Assembly (NCBI GenBank): GCA_963725665.1 | Contig: CAVRZA010000008.1 | Location: 1 to 64,000 of the forward strand | Length of the DNA: 64,000 nt | Direction of reading: 5' to 3' | Source of the DNA: an uncultured Actinomycetes bacterium | GTDB taxonomy: Bacteria; Actinomycetota; Thermoleophilia; UBA2241 | Shown here: piece after piece, positions 19,903-30,760 of the stretch | Position numbering within the stretch: the first letter of the stretch is position 1 | Layout: every line of letters begins with the position of its first letter | The notes under the pieces: model-generated | Seen by the model: only the letters and a program-made list of their open reading frames with translations | Databases searched by the model: none | Told to the model about the DNA's origin: nothing | Made by a program: the position numbers and the translations under genes

Positions 19903-20400
19903 ATGGTCGATGCGGGTTCGGTCGCGCGGATGTGGGATGCTTTCGTGACCGCGTGCCCGCATCTCGTCGGTCCGCAGGCTACGCACTCTTCGTGGCACTT
20001 CTGTGACAACCAGGCGGACGCGGACGAGCTTGCAGAACTCGTGCTGACGGGGCGCAAGCGCGCCACGGCCAGCGCGCTCTGGTCGTATGAGGCCGAGCAT
20101 GAGCCACTGCCGCGGGTGGGTGACTTCAGTGTGATCACGGACTGGTCGGACAACGCGCGTTGTGTCATCCGCACCACGGCGGTCGAGATTGTCGCGTTCG
20201 CGGCGGTCAGCGCGGAGTTCGCGGCAGCCGAAGGGGAGGGCGACGGCTCACTCGAGCAGTGGCGAGAGGCGCACTGGGCTGCCTTCGGGCGCGAGCTCGC
20301 TCCGAGCGGCAGGACGCCCGAGCCAGACATGCCCGTCGTATGTGAGCGCTTCGACGTGGTGTTCCGGGGGCGGCCGCCTCACCCTTCGCGACGGAGGTAG
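19903..20400 (+). CDS. ASCH-domain protein
   Basis: ADELAELVLTGRKRATAS, AEGEGDGSLEQWR, VVCERF. Confidence 0.85.
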   Translation: MVDAGSVARMWDAFVTACPHLVGPQATHSSWHFCDNQADADELAELVLTGRKRATASALWSYEAEHEPLPRVGDFSVITDWSDNARCVIRTTAVEIVAFAAVSAEFAAAEGEGDGSLEQWREAHWAAFGRELAPSGRTPEPDMPVVCERFDVVFRGRPPHPSRRR

Positions 20401-20915
20401 TGGATCCCATGACCCTCGCTCAAGACATCGCTCGCACGCTGAGCCTCGAGCAGCATCCCGAGGGCGGGTTCTATCGCGAGACCTTCCGGTCCGACGTGCT
20501 GGTTGCCACGTCCGCAGGGCCGCGTGCAGCCGCCACCGGCATCCTCTTCCTCGTCACAGCGGCGAGTCCCAGCCGGTTCCACCGACTGCGTTCGGACGAG
20601 CTCTGGCTCTATCACTCGGGTACGCCCCTCGAGCTCGTCTCGCTGCTCCCCGACGGCTCGTCGGAGCACGTCGTGTTGGCCGGCGCCGACGCGCTCGCGG
20701 TGAGCGATGAGGCCTCGCCGCAGGCGATCGTTCCCAGGGGCGCTTGGCAGGCCGCCCGCGTGTTGGCCCAGGACAGCGCAAGCGAGAGTGCGTGGACGCT
20801 GGTCTCGTGCGTCGTCACCCCGGGTTTCGACTACGCCGACTTCGAGCTCGGCGACCGCGACGAATTGGCAACTGCTTACCCGCTGGACGCTGAGCTGGTG
20901 CGGGAGCTGACCTGA
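20400..20915 (+). CDS. Cupin protein, DUF985 family
   Basis: LEQHPEGGFYRET, SRFHRLRSDELW, LVSCVVTPGFDYADFEL. Confidence 0.9.
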   Translation: MDPMTLAQDIARTLSLEQHPEGGFYRETFRSDVLVATSAGPRAAATGILFLVTAASPSRFHRLRSDELWLYHSGTPLELVSLLPDGSSEHVVLAGADALAVSDEASPQAIVPRGAWQAARVLAQDSASESAWTLVSCVVTPGFDYADFELGDRDELATAYPLDAELVRELT

Positions 20916-20996
20916 GGTCGCGGACGATGGTCTGTGGGGTTCGTCCGGCTGCCGGTATACCCTGACCTCATGCCGGTCGAAAGAGCCCACTGAGGC

Positions 20997-23900
20997 GTGC
21001 GAGTGACCGCTCGAGAGAGTGCGACGCGCGCGACTCTCCACCTCGGCAGCATCCGCGACCTCGAGCACGCTTTGGCCGACGAGGTGGGGCGTCTTCAGGG
21101 CGGCGATCCCTTGTGCGCCGTCACGATCATCGTCGGTTCGGGTCTGGTGCGCGATCACGTCCGCCGAGCACTGGTTCGCTTGCGCAGTGGCGGGTCGGGG
21201 CGGCTGAGCGGCGCCCCACCGGGGCACGCCAACATCCATGTCGAGACCATCCACGGCCTTGCCGCGCGTCTGGCGAGGCCCGGGCTCGCGCGCCGTGGCC
21301 TGCGCAAGGCGCCGGATCTGGCGCGCGAGCGCCTCGTACTGCGTCTGGTGCGCGCTCGCGCCGGCAGCGGCTGGTACTTCGCCCCCGTCGGCGGCCTTCC
21401 CGGGCTCCCGTTGGCGCTTGCGCGCACGCTCGACGATCTGCGCGAGGCGTGTGTGTCGCCCGACGGTCTCGAGGGCTTTGCCCGCGAGAACGAGACGCCC
21501 AAGCTGCGCGACTTGGCGGCTCTGTACCGCGACTACGTTTCGTCTCTCGCGGACGCTGGCCTCTGCGACGACGCCGAGCTCTACGCCGAAGCGTCGCGCG
21601 CGGTTCGTGAGGACACGCAGATAGACGAGGGCGGGGGCGCCCGCCTGGTCGAGGCGAGCGCCCCTGCCCTCGTCTACGGTCTGTACGACCTTCCCGAGAT
21701 GCAGCTGCGCGTGCTGGCGGCGCTGCGCCACCGGGTCGCGGCCGTCTTCGTGCCTGACCTGGCGGCGCCGGGCCACGCGCCGGCGAGCACAGAGGCCGCA
21801 CCGGGCGGCGGCAATGCAGACCGCTTGCTGGAGGCGCTCGGTTGCGCCGCCGGCGGTCCGGCTGGGCCGGGGCAGGCGAGCGCCGATCTCATTCCGCGGC
21901 TCAACATCGTCTCGGTCCCCGACGAGCGCGCCCAACGGCGCGAGATCGCGCGCGAGATCATCCTCGCCGCACGCGCAGGCGTCGCCTTTCACGAGACGGC
22001 TGTGGTGGCGGCGGGCGCTCGCGAGCGCGCAGCGCTCGCGCGCGCCCTTAGCGCCGCCGGCGTGCCGGTGGCGGCCCGGCTTCCTGACCGCGACCCGCGG
22101 GCCGCGGCGTGCCGCCTCCTCCTCAACTGCGTGGTGCCCACCGGCGGTCGCGCACCGCTGCAACGCGCCGCGGTGCTCGAGCTCGCCTCGGCCCGGCGCT
22201 TGATCGATGCGCCGTCGGCGGCGCTCGTCGCCCGGTGGGACAGGATCACGCGGCGCGCCCGGGTCGTCGCCGGCGAAGACGACTGGAGCGGCCGGCTCGC
22301 GAGCCTGCGCCGGCGCCTCGAGTGGCGGCGCGCACGCACGGACGGTGGGGACGACGACGGCGACGCGCCCGGTCGCGCCGAGCTCGAGGCCGATCTGGAG
22401 GCGCTCGAGGCGCTGGAGGGTTTCATCGCCAGGCTTGTGCGCAGCCTCAGTTCTCTTCCGCCGGCGGCCGCTTGGCCCGCGATGTCGTCGGCTCTCCTGC
22501 GGTTGGTCGACGGGCTCCTCGTTCGCGACGACGACGACCCGGCGCGCGACGCACTGCGCAGCCTCGCCGGCCTCGAGGCCCTCGAAGAGGAGGTGACGCT
22601 CGACGATGCCGCTGCCGTCGCGCGCCGGCTGCTCGACGAGATCGAGACGCCGACGGGACGGGTGGGTCGCAACGGAGTGAGTGTGCTCTCTCCTCACGAG
22701 GTGCGAGGGCTCGCCTTCCAGACCGTCGTCGTCGCCGACCTTGCCGAAGGCGGTTTCCCGGGCCGGATACCCAACGACACGATCCTGCTCGATGCGGAGC
22801 GCGAGCGCGTGGCGGCGGCGCTCGGGGTCTCGCTCGAGACCGCCGAGCGCCGCGACGCGCTCGCGCCGGCGCTTCTCTCCATGGCGCTGCAGGCCGCTCG
22901 CGAGCGGGCGGTCCTCGTGCTACCGCGGCTCGACGCCGGCACGGGCAGCCCTCGTCTGCCCTCGCGCGTGCTGCTGGGAGCGGCGAGCGCCGCCGTGGGC
23001 CGGCGTGTCGACGCCGACGAGATCGAGCACGGCGAGCTCCCGTCTGAGCTGTTCCGGCAGGGTGCCTGCCTCTGTGGTCCCGCCGGCCCCTGGCGCGTCG
23101 CTCGCAGCCGACCTCGCTCTCGACGAACGCGAGCTCGACCTGGCGCTGCTCCTCGACCGGGGATCCGTCTCCGAGAGAGGTCGGGCGGCATATCTTGACG
23201 GTCTGCTGGGAGCAGCCGGCGCCGCACGCCGTCGGGCGGCGCTGAAGTCACCGCACGGCGCTCTGCTCACACCCTTCGACGGGCAGGTCGACCCCGCTCG
23301 CGCCGACGCCGCGGTGAGAGCGTTACTGGCCGCCCCCATCGGCCCGACCGCATTGCGGAGCTACATCGATTGCCCCTTCGGCTTCTACGCGCGTCACCTG
23401 CTCGGCATCACGGTCGATGAGGAGCCTGGGCTGACGCTCGACATCGAGCCGCTCGACTACGGCACACTCGCGCACGACATCCTCGAGGATCTCTACCGAC
23501 GGGTCGCCGAAGATCCTGCTCTCGGCCTTCCAGAGGCGCTGGCCCTCCTGCCCGATCTCGTTGACGCACGCGCGCGCCGCGCGGAGAAGGACGGGCTTAC
23601 CGGTTATCCGCTGGCCTGGAGCGTCAAGCGGCGGCAACTCCTCGCCGACCTCACGCGCGCTGTCGCGAACGACCCGGTCTGGCAAGGCCAGATGCGCCCC
23701 GCCCATCTCGAGTGGACCTTCGGTGACGCGCTCACGCCGCCGGTCGAGCTCGAAGTCGACGGGCTGGTCGTGCGCTTTACCGGTCGCGCCGACCGCATCG
23801 ACCTGAGCGCCGACGGCAGCGCGGCGGCGCTCATCGACTACAAGACGGGCAAAGGCGAGGCCGAGGAGATGGCCATCAAGCGGGAGATCGACATCCAGTT

Positions 23901-24240
23901 GCGCGTCTACCGGTTGGCCGCAGCGTTGCTGACACCGCCGCCGGCCGAGGTTGAGGCCGCGTATCGGCTCGTGACCCGCAAGGGTGGCTTCCGCGACCTC
24001 GCCCTCGACGAGAGCGAGGGCGAGGTCGCGGAAGCCCTCCGGAGGATCGTGAGCGTGGTCCTCTCGCTCATGCGCGCCGGCGCGTTCCCGCGCTGGCGCG
24101 AGAACGACCGCCGTTGCTCGTCCTGCAACTACGACACAGGCTGCGCCGGGCGTGTGTGGGTCTTCGAGCGCAAGGTCGGCGACGCCAGGCTGGCGCCGCT
24201 GAAGCAGCTCAGGGAGGAGGGCCTTGCCGCCTCTCGCTGA
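20997..24240 (+). CDS. AddB/RexB-like subunit with C-terminal PD-(D/E)XK nuclease; single frameshift near 23056
   Basis: ORF 20997 (degenerate helicase, HEVRGLAF, LAEGGFPG) joins ORF 22681 (YIDCPFGFY, GRADRID, LIDYKTG, CSSCNYDTGC). Confidence 0.8.
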
Positions 24241-27200
24241 CGAGTCCGTGAGGCGTCGCGTGCGCGACGATCTCTCCACCACCTTCCTGGTCGAGGCGGG
24301 CGCGGGCACGGGCAAGACGAGCGTGCTCGTCGATCGCTTCGTCGCCTGCCTGCTCGACGGCCGCGACACGACCATCGACCAGGTGGTGGCCATCACGTTC
24401 ACCGAGAAGGCCGCGGGCGAGTTGCGCCAGCGCGTGCGGCGCAAGCTCGAATCGCTGCTGCGCGACCCCGCGAGGGGCGCCGAGATGTTCCCGGGGCTCG
24501 ACGATCCGGGGCTGGCGCGCCTGACCAAGGCCCTGGTCGAGCTTGAGACCGCTCAGATCTCGACGATCCACTCCTTCGCCGCCAGGTTGCTGCGCGAGCG
24601 GCCCGTCGAAGCGCGCGTCGATCCCGCCTTCAGGCAGCTCGATCAGCTCGGCTCCGAGCTCGTCTTCGACCAGCTCTGGGAGGAATGGCTGGGCGCCGCC
24701 CCCGAAGAGCCCGACACCGGGAGGCTGCTTGCCGAGCTCCTCGAGGCTGAGGTCTCCCTCACGACTCTGCGCACGCTGGCGGCGGCGCACTTCGGTTGGC
24801 GGCACGAGCTTGGCCCCGAGCTACCTGATGTGCCTGCCGCGCCCGTTCTCGCGCCCTTGATCGCCGCTGTGAAGGAGGCCGCGGCTGAGGCTCGCCGCTT
24901 CGCCGAGGTCTGCAGCGACCCGGGTGACGGCCTCCTGCAGAAGGTCGAGGCATTCACGGCGCGGCTCCTCGATCTGCCGGGCGAGGGTGAGCTCCACGAG
25001 CTCGGCGCCGCCATCCTCGCCGTGGCCGCCCAGAAGGCGCCCTCCGCCGCCTCGGGCAGGCAGGATGCCTGGGGAGGCAAGGAAGGCAAGGCACTCATGG
25101 TGCGGCAGTGCGAGCGTTGCGGCGAGCGCCTCGGCGAGGCGGCCCGTCGCTACGGCGCGTACGTCGTCGCGCTGGCGCTCGGCGTGGCGGCGCGCTTCGC
25201 GCGCTCCGCCGCCGAGCGCCAGCGCGGCCTCGGGCTGCTCGACTTCGACGACCTGCTCGGCGTGGCCCGCGACCTGCTCCTGCGCCACGGCCCCCGGCGC
25301 TACTTCCAGCAGCGCTTCAGGTACCTTCTTGTCGACGAGTTCCAGGACACCGACCCCCTGCAGGCGGAGCTCGTCTTCCTGCTCGGCGAGCGCGAGCCCG
25401 CCACCGACGACTGGCGGCGAGTGGACCTGCAGCCGGGCAAGCTGTTCCTGGTGGGCGATCCCAAGCAGGCGATCTACCGCTTCCGCGGCGCCGACTTCGA
25501 TACCTACGGCGCGGTCGAACGACGGCTGCACGAGCTGCCCGGGGCAGAGGTCGTCTCCATCCAGGTCAATTTCCGTACCGTGCCCACGGTCATCGAGTGG
25601 GTCAACGCGGCCTTCGCCCCTCTGCTGGTGCGCGACGAGGCCGGCCTGCAGGCTCCCTACGCGCCGCTCCTGCCGCACCGTGCCGAAAGCCGCGACGGTC
25701 CCCGAGTCTGTGTCGTCGAGGTCGATCCGCTCGAGGAAAAGCAGTCGCGGCTCGAGCAGCGTCGCACCGAGGCGAAGCTCATCGCCGACCTGCTGGCCGG
25801 TCTCGACGAGCTCGGCCGCGAGGTGTGCGACCGTGGGGTCGGAGCCGAGACGGCGCGGCCCGCTCGTCTCGGCGACGTGACGATCCTCTTCCCGACGTTC
25901 AACGGTATCGGCGAATACGAGCGCGCTCTGCGCGAGGCCGGCGTGCCCTACCGTGTCGAAGGCGGGCGTACCTACTTCCAGCGCGACGAGGTGCGCGACG
26001 CCGTGCTCGGCCTGCGGGCGGTCGACGATGCCGCCGGTGAGCTGACCGTGTACGGGGCCTTGCACAGCTCGCTGTTCGGCTTCTCCGATGACGACCTCCT
26101 GGCCTTCCACCTTGCCGGAGGACGCTTCAACTACTTGGCCGACCAGGACGAGTCATTGAGCCGCGACGCCCTCTTCGCCGCTGTGCTGACGGCGTTCTCG
26201 CTGCTTCGCCGTCTCCACGAGGGGCGCAACGAACGCCCGCTCGACGAGACGCTCGACCTGCTCTTGCGCGGCGCGCACCTCGCAGAGGCGCAGGCGGCCT
26301 TCGGCGACGGGCCCGAGCAGGCCGTGGCCAACCTCGACCGGCTGGCTGCGCTGACCGAGGCCTACGCCGCCGAGCCCGAAGCGACCTTCCACGGACTCGT
26401 GCGGCATCTGGCGGAGTCGGTGACCAAGGCCGAGATCGCGGAGTCACCGGTCGGCGAAGAGGGCGGCTTTGTACGTCTGACGACCGTGCACAAGGCCAAG
26501 GGCCTGGAGTTCCCGATCGTGGTGCTCGCCAACACGATGAGCGATCGGCGCGGCGACGGCCGCGAGGGAGGGGCTGATCTTCTGCTGCAGCGGGCGACGT
26601 CCTCGCTGGAATGCAGCCTGCGCTGTGATGCCGGCGACGGCAGCGGCCGCTTCGAGAGCGCGAGCTGGACCAGCGCGAAGGAGCGCGACAGGGCGGCGCT
26701 CGATGAGGAGTACAAGAGGCTCGCCTACGTGGCCTGCACGCGCGCCGCCGACCACCTGTTAGTCCCTGCGGTCGCTCTGGCGCAGGCGGGGAGCACGACG
26801 TTCCTGGGTCATCTGCGTCCGTCGCTCGACAGGGATTCGGCGGTGCCGACCGCGCGCCGACGCTGGCAACCGCGGCGCCGAGCGGTACCGGCAGCTCGTG
26901 ACCGTGTCGACGTCGCAGAGCAGCTACGTCGGCGTGAGTCCTGGGTAGCCGAGCGCACACGCGCCCTCGCGGAGGCTGCCCGTCCGGCGCTGATGACCTC
27001 GCCGAACTCGCTCGAGCCGCGCTGGCCACAGGAGACGCCCGCAGGCGCTCCCGGCGGTGACGGGGCGGCGATCCGTCGGCGGGCGCTCGCAGTCGGCTCG
27101 GCGTTGCACCGGGTGATGGAGCTCGTTCCTCTCGGTGACCGTGACGTGCTCGCCGACGGCGAGCTCGAGAGCTTGTCCGCGGCCGCGGCCGCGGAGTGCG

Positions 27201-27658
27201 GCTGCGCAGATCTGGTCGACCGTGTCGCCGAGCTTGCGCGCGCCGCGTGGAGATCGCCTCCCGTGCGCGCGGCGGCCGCCTCTCCGCGGTCCTACCGCGA
27301 GCTGCCGGTCACGGTCGACGATGACGGTGTGCTGCTCGACGGCGTCGTCGATCTCCTTTACCGCGACGGCGATGAGTGGGTGGTCGTCGACTACAAGAGC
27401 GACGTTGCCGTCGACGCGGCCGAGATCCGCCGCCGCTATGCGCTGCAGGGCGGAGCCTACGCTCTCGCCCTGCAGCGCGTGACCGGCGAGCCCGTGCGCC
27501 GCGTGGTGTTCGTGCTGGCGGCGGTGCGCGCCGACGCGGGCGAGGAGGGCCTCGTCGAGGTGACCGTCGACGAGGCCCTCCTCGCCCGCACGCGCGAGCG
27601 CATGCACGAAGTGGCGGCCGAGCCGTCCGATCCGCCGCTCACGCTGTCGGCGCTCTGA
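24224..27658 (+). CDS. AddA-like UvrD helicase-nuclease
   Basis: EAGAGTGKT, TFTEKAA, DEFQDTD, VGDPKQAIYRFRGA, TVHKAKGLEF, YVACTRA, GVVDLL..VVDYKSD; overlaps the AddB-like stop. Confidence 0.9.
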   Translation: MPPLADESVRRRVRDDLSTTFLVEAGAGTGKTSVLVDRFVACLLDGRDTTIDQVVAITFTEKAAGELRQRVRRKLESLLRDPARGAEMFPGLDDPGLARLTKALVELETAQISTIHSFAARLLRERPVEARVDPAFRQLDQLGSELVFDQLWEEWLGAAPEEPDTGRLLAELLEAEVSLTTLRTLAAAHFGWRHELGPELPDVPAAPVLAPLIAAVKEAAAEARRFAEVCSDPGDGLLQKVEAFTARLLDLPGEGELHELGAAILAVAAQKAPSAASGRQDAWGGKEGKALMVRQCERCGERLGEAARRYGAYVVALALGVAARFARSAAERQRGLGLLDFDDLLGVARDLLLRHGPRRYFQQRFRYLLVDEFQDTDPLQAELVFLLGEREPATDDWRRVDLQPGKLFLVGDPKQAIYRFRGADFDTYGAVERRLHELPGAEVVSIQVNFRTVPTVIEWVNAAFAPLLVRDEAGLQAPYAPLLPHRAESRDGPRVCVVEVDPLEEKQSRLEQRRTEAKLIADLLAGLDELGREVCDRGVGAETARPARLGDVTILFPTFNGIGEYERALREAGVPYRVEGGRTYFQRDEVRDAVLGLRAVDDAAGELTVYGALHSSLFGFSDDDLLAFHLAGGRFNYLADQDESLSRDALFAAVLTAFSLLRRLHEGRNERPLDETLDLLLRGAHLAEAQAAFGDGPEQAVANLDRLAALTEAYAAEPEATFHGLVRHLAESVTKAEIAESPVGEEGGFVRLTTVHKAKGLEFPIVVLANTMSDRRGDGREGGADLLLQRATSSLECSLRCDAGDGSGRFESASWTSAKERDRAALDEEYKRLAYVACTRAADHLLVPAVALAQAGSTTFLGHLRPSLDRDSAVPTARRRWQPRRRAVPAARDRVDVAEQLRRRESWVAERTRALAEAARPALMTSPNSLEPRWPQETPAGAPGGDGAAIRRRALAVGSALHRVMELVPLGDRDVLADGELESLSAAAAAECGCADLVDRVAELARAAWRSPPVRAAAASPRSYRELPVTVDDDGVLLDGVVDLLYRDGDEWVVVDYKSDVAVDAAEIRRRYALQGGAYALALQRVTGEPVRRVVFVLAAVRADAGEEGLVEVTVDEALLARTRERMHEVAAEPSDPPLTLSAL

Positions 27659-27683
27659 GAGGCGACCGCGCCCGAGGCGACGT

Positions 27684-27712
27684 TTGACCGCTCCCTCCGG
27701 CGCCTATAGCAT
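27684..27712 (+). promoter_or_regulatory. Sigma70-type promoter ahead of a ~270-nt leader of the ornithine operon
   Basis: TTGACC-N17-TAGCAT. Confidence 0.55.
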
Positions 27713-27931
27713 GGGTCAGTCAGCCGACCCAGGTCGACGGAGGGAGGAGCCACGCATCCGCAGATCGCGCTCGTGAGCCCCACCCAGGTCGACCAGCCTC
27801 CCCCCGTCTCCCTCCTCTAGTCCAGCTCGCCCTGCCCGGTAGCGACGGCAGCAGCGGCGTCGCCGAGCGTCCATGGAGAGCACGCGCGTAGTGCGCTGCA
27901 TCGTTCCGCCCGCCGCTCCCGGTTGATAGGG

Positions 27932-27950
27932 TTGCATCGTCTTTATGCAT
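27932..27950. promoter_or_regulatory. Putative operator TGCAT-N7-ATGCA
   Basis: AT-rich palindrome ~40 nt before ord; a similar site lies at 41871-41887. Confidence 0.45.
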
Positions 27951-27990
27951 TCCTGCATCGTGCCATGTCGTGCCATGTGAGGAGGAGATC

Positions 27991-29001
27991 ATGATCAGGG
28001 TAGTCGAGTGGGGCACCGGTGAGATGGGACAGGGCCTTCTCAAGTTCATCCTCGACCGGCCCAAGGACATCGAGCTCGTCGGCTGCGTCGTCACCAATCC
28101 GGCCAAAGAAGGCAAGACCGTCGGCGAGCTGCTCGGACGGCCGTGTGGCGTCGTCATGACGAGGGACTACGAGAAGGTGTTAGCGCAGAAACCCGACGTC
28201 GTCTGCATCAACACGCAGTCGAACCTGCACGAGATCACGAGCCAGGTCGAACCGTCCATCACGGCGGGCGCCGACGTGATCTGCATCGCCGAGAAGCTTT
28301 CCTATCCTTGGGCCAGCGACGCCGCCTGGGCCGGCCGCATCGACGCCCTCGCCAAGCAGCACGGCGTCAGCGTTCTGGGTACCGGCATCAATCCCGGCTT
28401 CATGCTCGACGCGCTGATCGTCATGTGGAGCTCGATCTGCCTGCGCGTCGACTCGATCAAGGCGACGCGCGTCAACGACCTCTCACCGTTCGGCCCCACG
28501 GTCATGACCGGTCAAGGCGTAGGCACCACGGTCGAGCAGTTCGAGAAGGGCGTCGCCGACGGCAGCATCGTCGGCCACATCGGCTTTCCCGAGTCGATCG
28601 GCCTCATCGCCAGGGCGCTGGGCTGGAAGATCGACAGGGTCGAGGAGACGCGCGAGCCGATCGTCACGAGCGTCGAGCGCTCCACGCCGCACGTGCACGT
28701 GGCCCCCGGCGACGTCGCCGGCTGTCGCCACATCGGCAAGGGCTACGTGGGCGACGAGCTCAAGATCGAGCTCATCCACCCGCAGCAGATCCACCCCGAG
28801 CTCGAGGGCCAGGAGACCGGCGACTACATCGAGATCCACGGCGATCCCGACGTCAACATGGCCAACAAGCCCGAGATCCCGGGCGGTAAGGGCACCTACG
28901 CAAGCACCGGCAACTACATCCCGCTCATGAAGGCCGCCCCCGCCGGCATGCTCACCGTCGTCGACATGCCGTTGCCGCGCTTCCTCACTCCCACCGTCTG
29001 A
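27991..29001 (+). CDS. ord: 2,4-diaminopentanoate dehydrogenase
   Basis: WGTGEMG Rossmann motif, LGTGINPGF, RVNDLSPFGPTVM..QGVG, GHIGFPES, LIHPQQIHPE, KPEIPGGKGT; operon context. Confidence 0.9.
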   Translation: MIRVVEWGTGEMGQGLLKFILDRPKDIELVGCVVTNPAKEGKTVGELLGRPCGVVMTRDYEKVLAQKPDVVCINTQSNLHEITSQVEPSITAGADVICIAEKLSYPWASDAAWAGRIDALAKQHGVSVLGTGINPGFMLDALIVMWSSICLRVDSIKATRVNDLSPFGPTVMTGQGVGTTVEQFEKGVADGSIVGHIGFPESIGLIARALGWKIDRVEETREPIVTSVERSTPHVHVAPGDVAGCRHIGKGYVGDELKIELIHPQQIHPELEGQETGDYIEIHGDPDVNMANKPEIPGGKGTYASTGNYIPLMKAAPAGMLTVVDMPLPRFLTPTV

Positions 29002-29013
29002 AGGCGGCCGGCC

Positions 29014-29346
29014 ATGAGTGACGCAGCACGCGTACAAACCGGCGACTGGGTCGAGGTCGAACGGACCATTCTCGACCCCTCGCAGCGTTCCAAGAACCTG
29101 CCGCCGGAGACGGCGGAGAAGCCCCTGCTCATGTGGGTGAAGGGTTTCGCCCTGGCCGACGGCGCCCTCGGCGATGAGATGACCGTCGAGACGATGACGG
29201 GACGCCACGTGAGCGGCAGACTCTCCGCCGTGAACCCGGGCTACTTCCACACCTTCGGCAACCCGATCCCCGAGCTCGCGCACGTGGGCAAGGACCTGCG
29301 CGAACGACTGTCCGCCTATCGTGAGACCGAGAAGGGTGGTGCGTGA
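29014..29346 (+). CDS. ortA: 2-amino-4-oxopentanoate thiolase, alpha subunit
   Basis: GDWVEV, PLLMWVKG, ETMTGR, NPGYFHTFGNPIPEL. Confidence 0.9.
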   Translation: MSDAARVQTGDWVEVERTILDPSQRSKNLPPETAEKPLLMWVKGFALADGALGDEMTVETMTGRHVSGRLSAVNPGYFHTFGNPIPELAHVGKDLRERLSAYRETEKGGA

Positions 29347-30758
29347 TGGCCACCCGTTTCGATGAGATCATGGGGCGCCGCGGCGAGATCATGCGCGGCG
29401 CCCTCGGCATGGACTACAGCCGCTTCGAGCGCAGTCCGGTCGCCTTCGACTACGAGGCGATGATGGCCGACCACGGCTACACGCTCGACGACATCAAGCG
29501 CATCCAGGCCGCGGCCGGCGTGGGCGACACCCCGCTGCTCGAGCTGCGCAACATGACCGACCTGGTGCGCTCGATCTCGGAGCCCGGCAGGGGGGCGCGC
29601 ATCTTCGTCAAGGACGAGGCCGCCAACCTCGCCGGCGCCTTCAAGGACCGCCGCGCCTCTATCTCGATTCACACGGCCAAAGAGAAGGGCTACGAGGGAG
29701 TGATCGCGGCGACGTCGGGCAACTACGGCGCCGCCGTCGCCAGCCAGGCGGCGCGCTACGGGCTCAAGTGCATCATCTGCCAGGAGACCTACGACAGCCG
29801 CAAGGTCGGTCAGCCCGAGATCGTCGAGAAGGCGCGCATCTGCGAGGCCTACGGTGCCGAGGTCGTGCAGATGACGGTCGGCCCCGAGCTCTTCTTCCAC
29901 ATGCTCGAGCTCCTCGACGAGACCGGCTACTTCGCCGCCTCGCTCTACTCCTCGTTCGGCGTCTCGGGTATCGAGACCCTCGGGCTCGAGATCGCCAACG
30001 AGATGAAGGAGCGCACCGGCGCCTACCCGACCGCTGTGGTCGTCACGCACGCCGGCGGCGGCAACACGACAGGCACGGCTCGCGGCCTCAAGCGCGCCGG
30101 GGCCAGCGAGACGGAGATCGTGAGCGCCTCGGTCGACCTCTCCGGCCTGCACATGGCCTCCGACCGCGACTTCAACCGCAAGAGCTTCACCACGGGGCAC
30201 ACCGGCTTCGGCGTGCCCTTCGCCACCTGGCCCGACAGGGCCGACGTGCCGCGCAACGCGGCGCGTCCGCTGCGCTACATGGACCGCTACCTCACCGTGA
30301 CCCAGGGCGAGGTGTTCTACGTGACCGAGGCGCTCGTCAAGCTCGAGGGCCTCGAGCGCGGGCCGGCCGGCAACACGGCCATGGCCGTGGCCGTCTCGCT
30401 GGCCCGCGAGCTGCCTCGCGAGGCTACGATCGTCGTGCAGGAGACGGAGTACACCGGCGCCGGCAAGCACCACTGGGCGCAGCTCAACTTCGCCAAGGAG
30501 ATGGGTGTCGAGGTGCGCCGCGGCGACCCGCTCGAGAACAAGCCCGGAGAGGTGATCGTCATCCCGGAGCGGCCGGAGCAGATCCAGGCGAAGGACTTCG
30601 ACCTGGCGCGCATGCGCAAGAGTTACGTGCGCAACGCGCTCAAGGCCGCGCCCGAGGGTTATGCGCCGACCGCCGACGACCTGGCCTTCCTGGCCGCCGA
30701 CACCAACAGCGACGTGGCCACGGTGGACGGCATGGTCCGCGAGCTGGCGGAGACCTAG
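29343..30758 (+). CDS. ortB: 2-amino-4-oxopentanoate thiolase, beta subunit (PLP)
   Basis: KDEAANLAGAFKDRRA, ATSGNYGAAVAS, FNRKSFTTGHTGFG, VQETEYTGAGKH. Confidence 0.92.
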   Translation: MMATRFDEIMGRRGEIMRGALGMDYSRFERSPVAFDYEAMMADHGYTLDDIKRIQAAAGVGDTPLLELRNMTDLVRSISEPGRGARIFVKDEAANLAGAFKDRRASISIHTAKEKGYEGVIAATSGNYGAAVASQAARYGLKCIICQETYDSRKVGQPEIVEKARICEAYGAEVVQMTVGPELFFHMLELLDETGYFAASLYSSFGVSGIETLGLEIANEMKERTGAYPTAVVVTHAGGGNTTGTARGLKRAGASETEIVSASVDLSGLHMASDRDFNRKSFTTGHTGFGVPFATWPDRADVPRNAARPLRYMDRYLTVTQGEVFYVTEALVKLEGLERGPAGNTAMAVAVSLARELPREATIVVQETEYTGAGKHHWAQLNFAKEMGVEVRRGDPLENKPGEVIVIPERPEQIQAKDFDLARMRKSYVRNALKAAPEGYAPTADDLAFLAADTNSDVATVDGMVRELAET

Positions 30759-30760
30759 CG

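Noticed and set aside
27713-27760. Resemblance of CCAGGTCGACGGAGGGAGGAGCCA to the SRP RNA core
   Set aside because: No GNRA tetraloop, no AGCAG motif and no long enclosing helix
27720-27990. T-box or cobalamin riboswitch in the ord leader
   Set aside because: No T-box GGTGGNACC sequence and no recognisable B12-box
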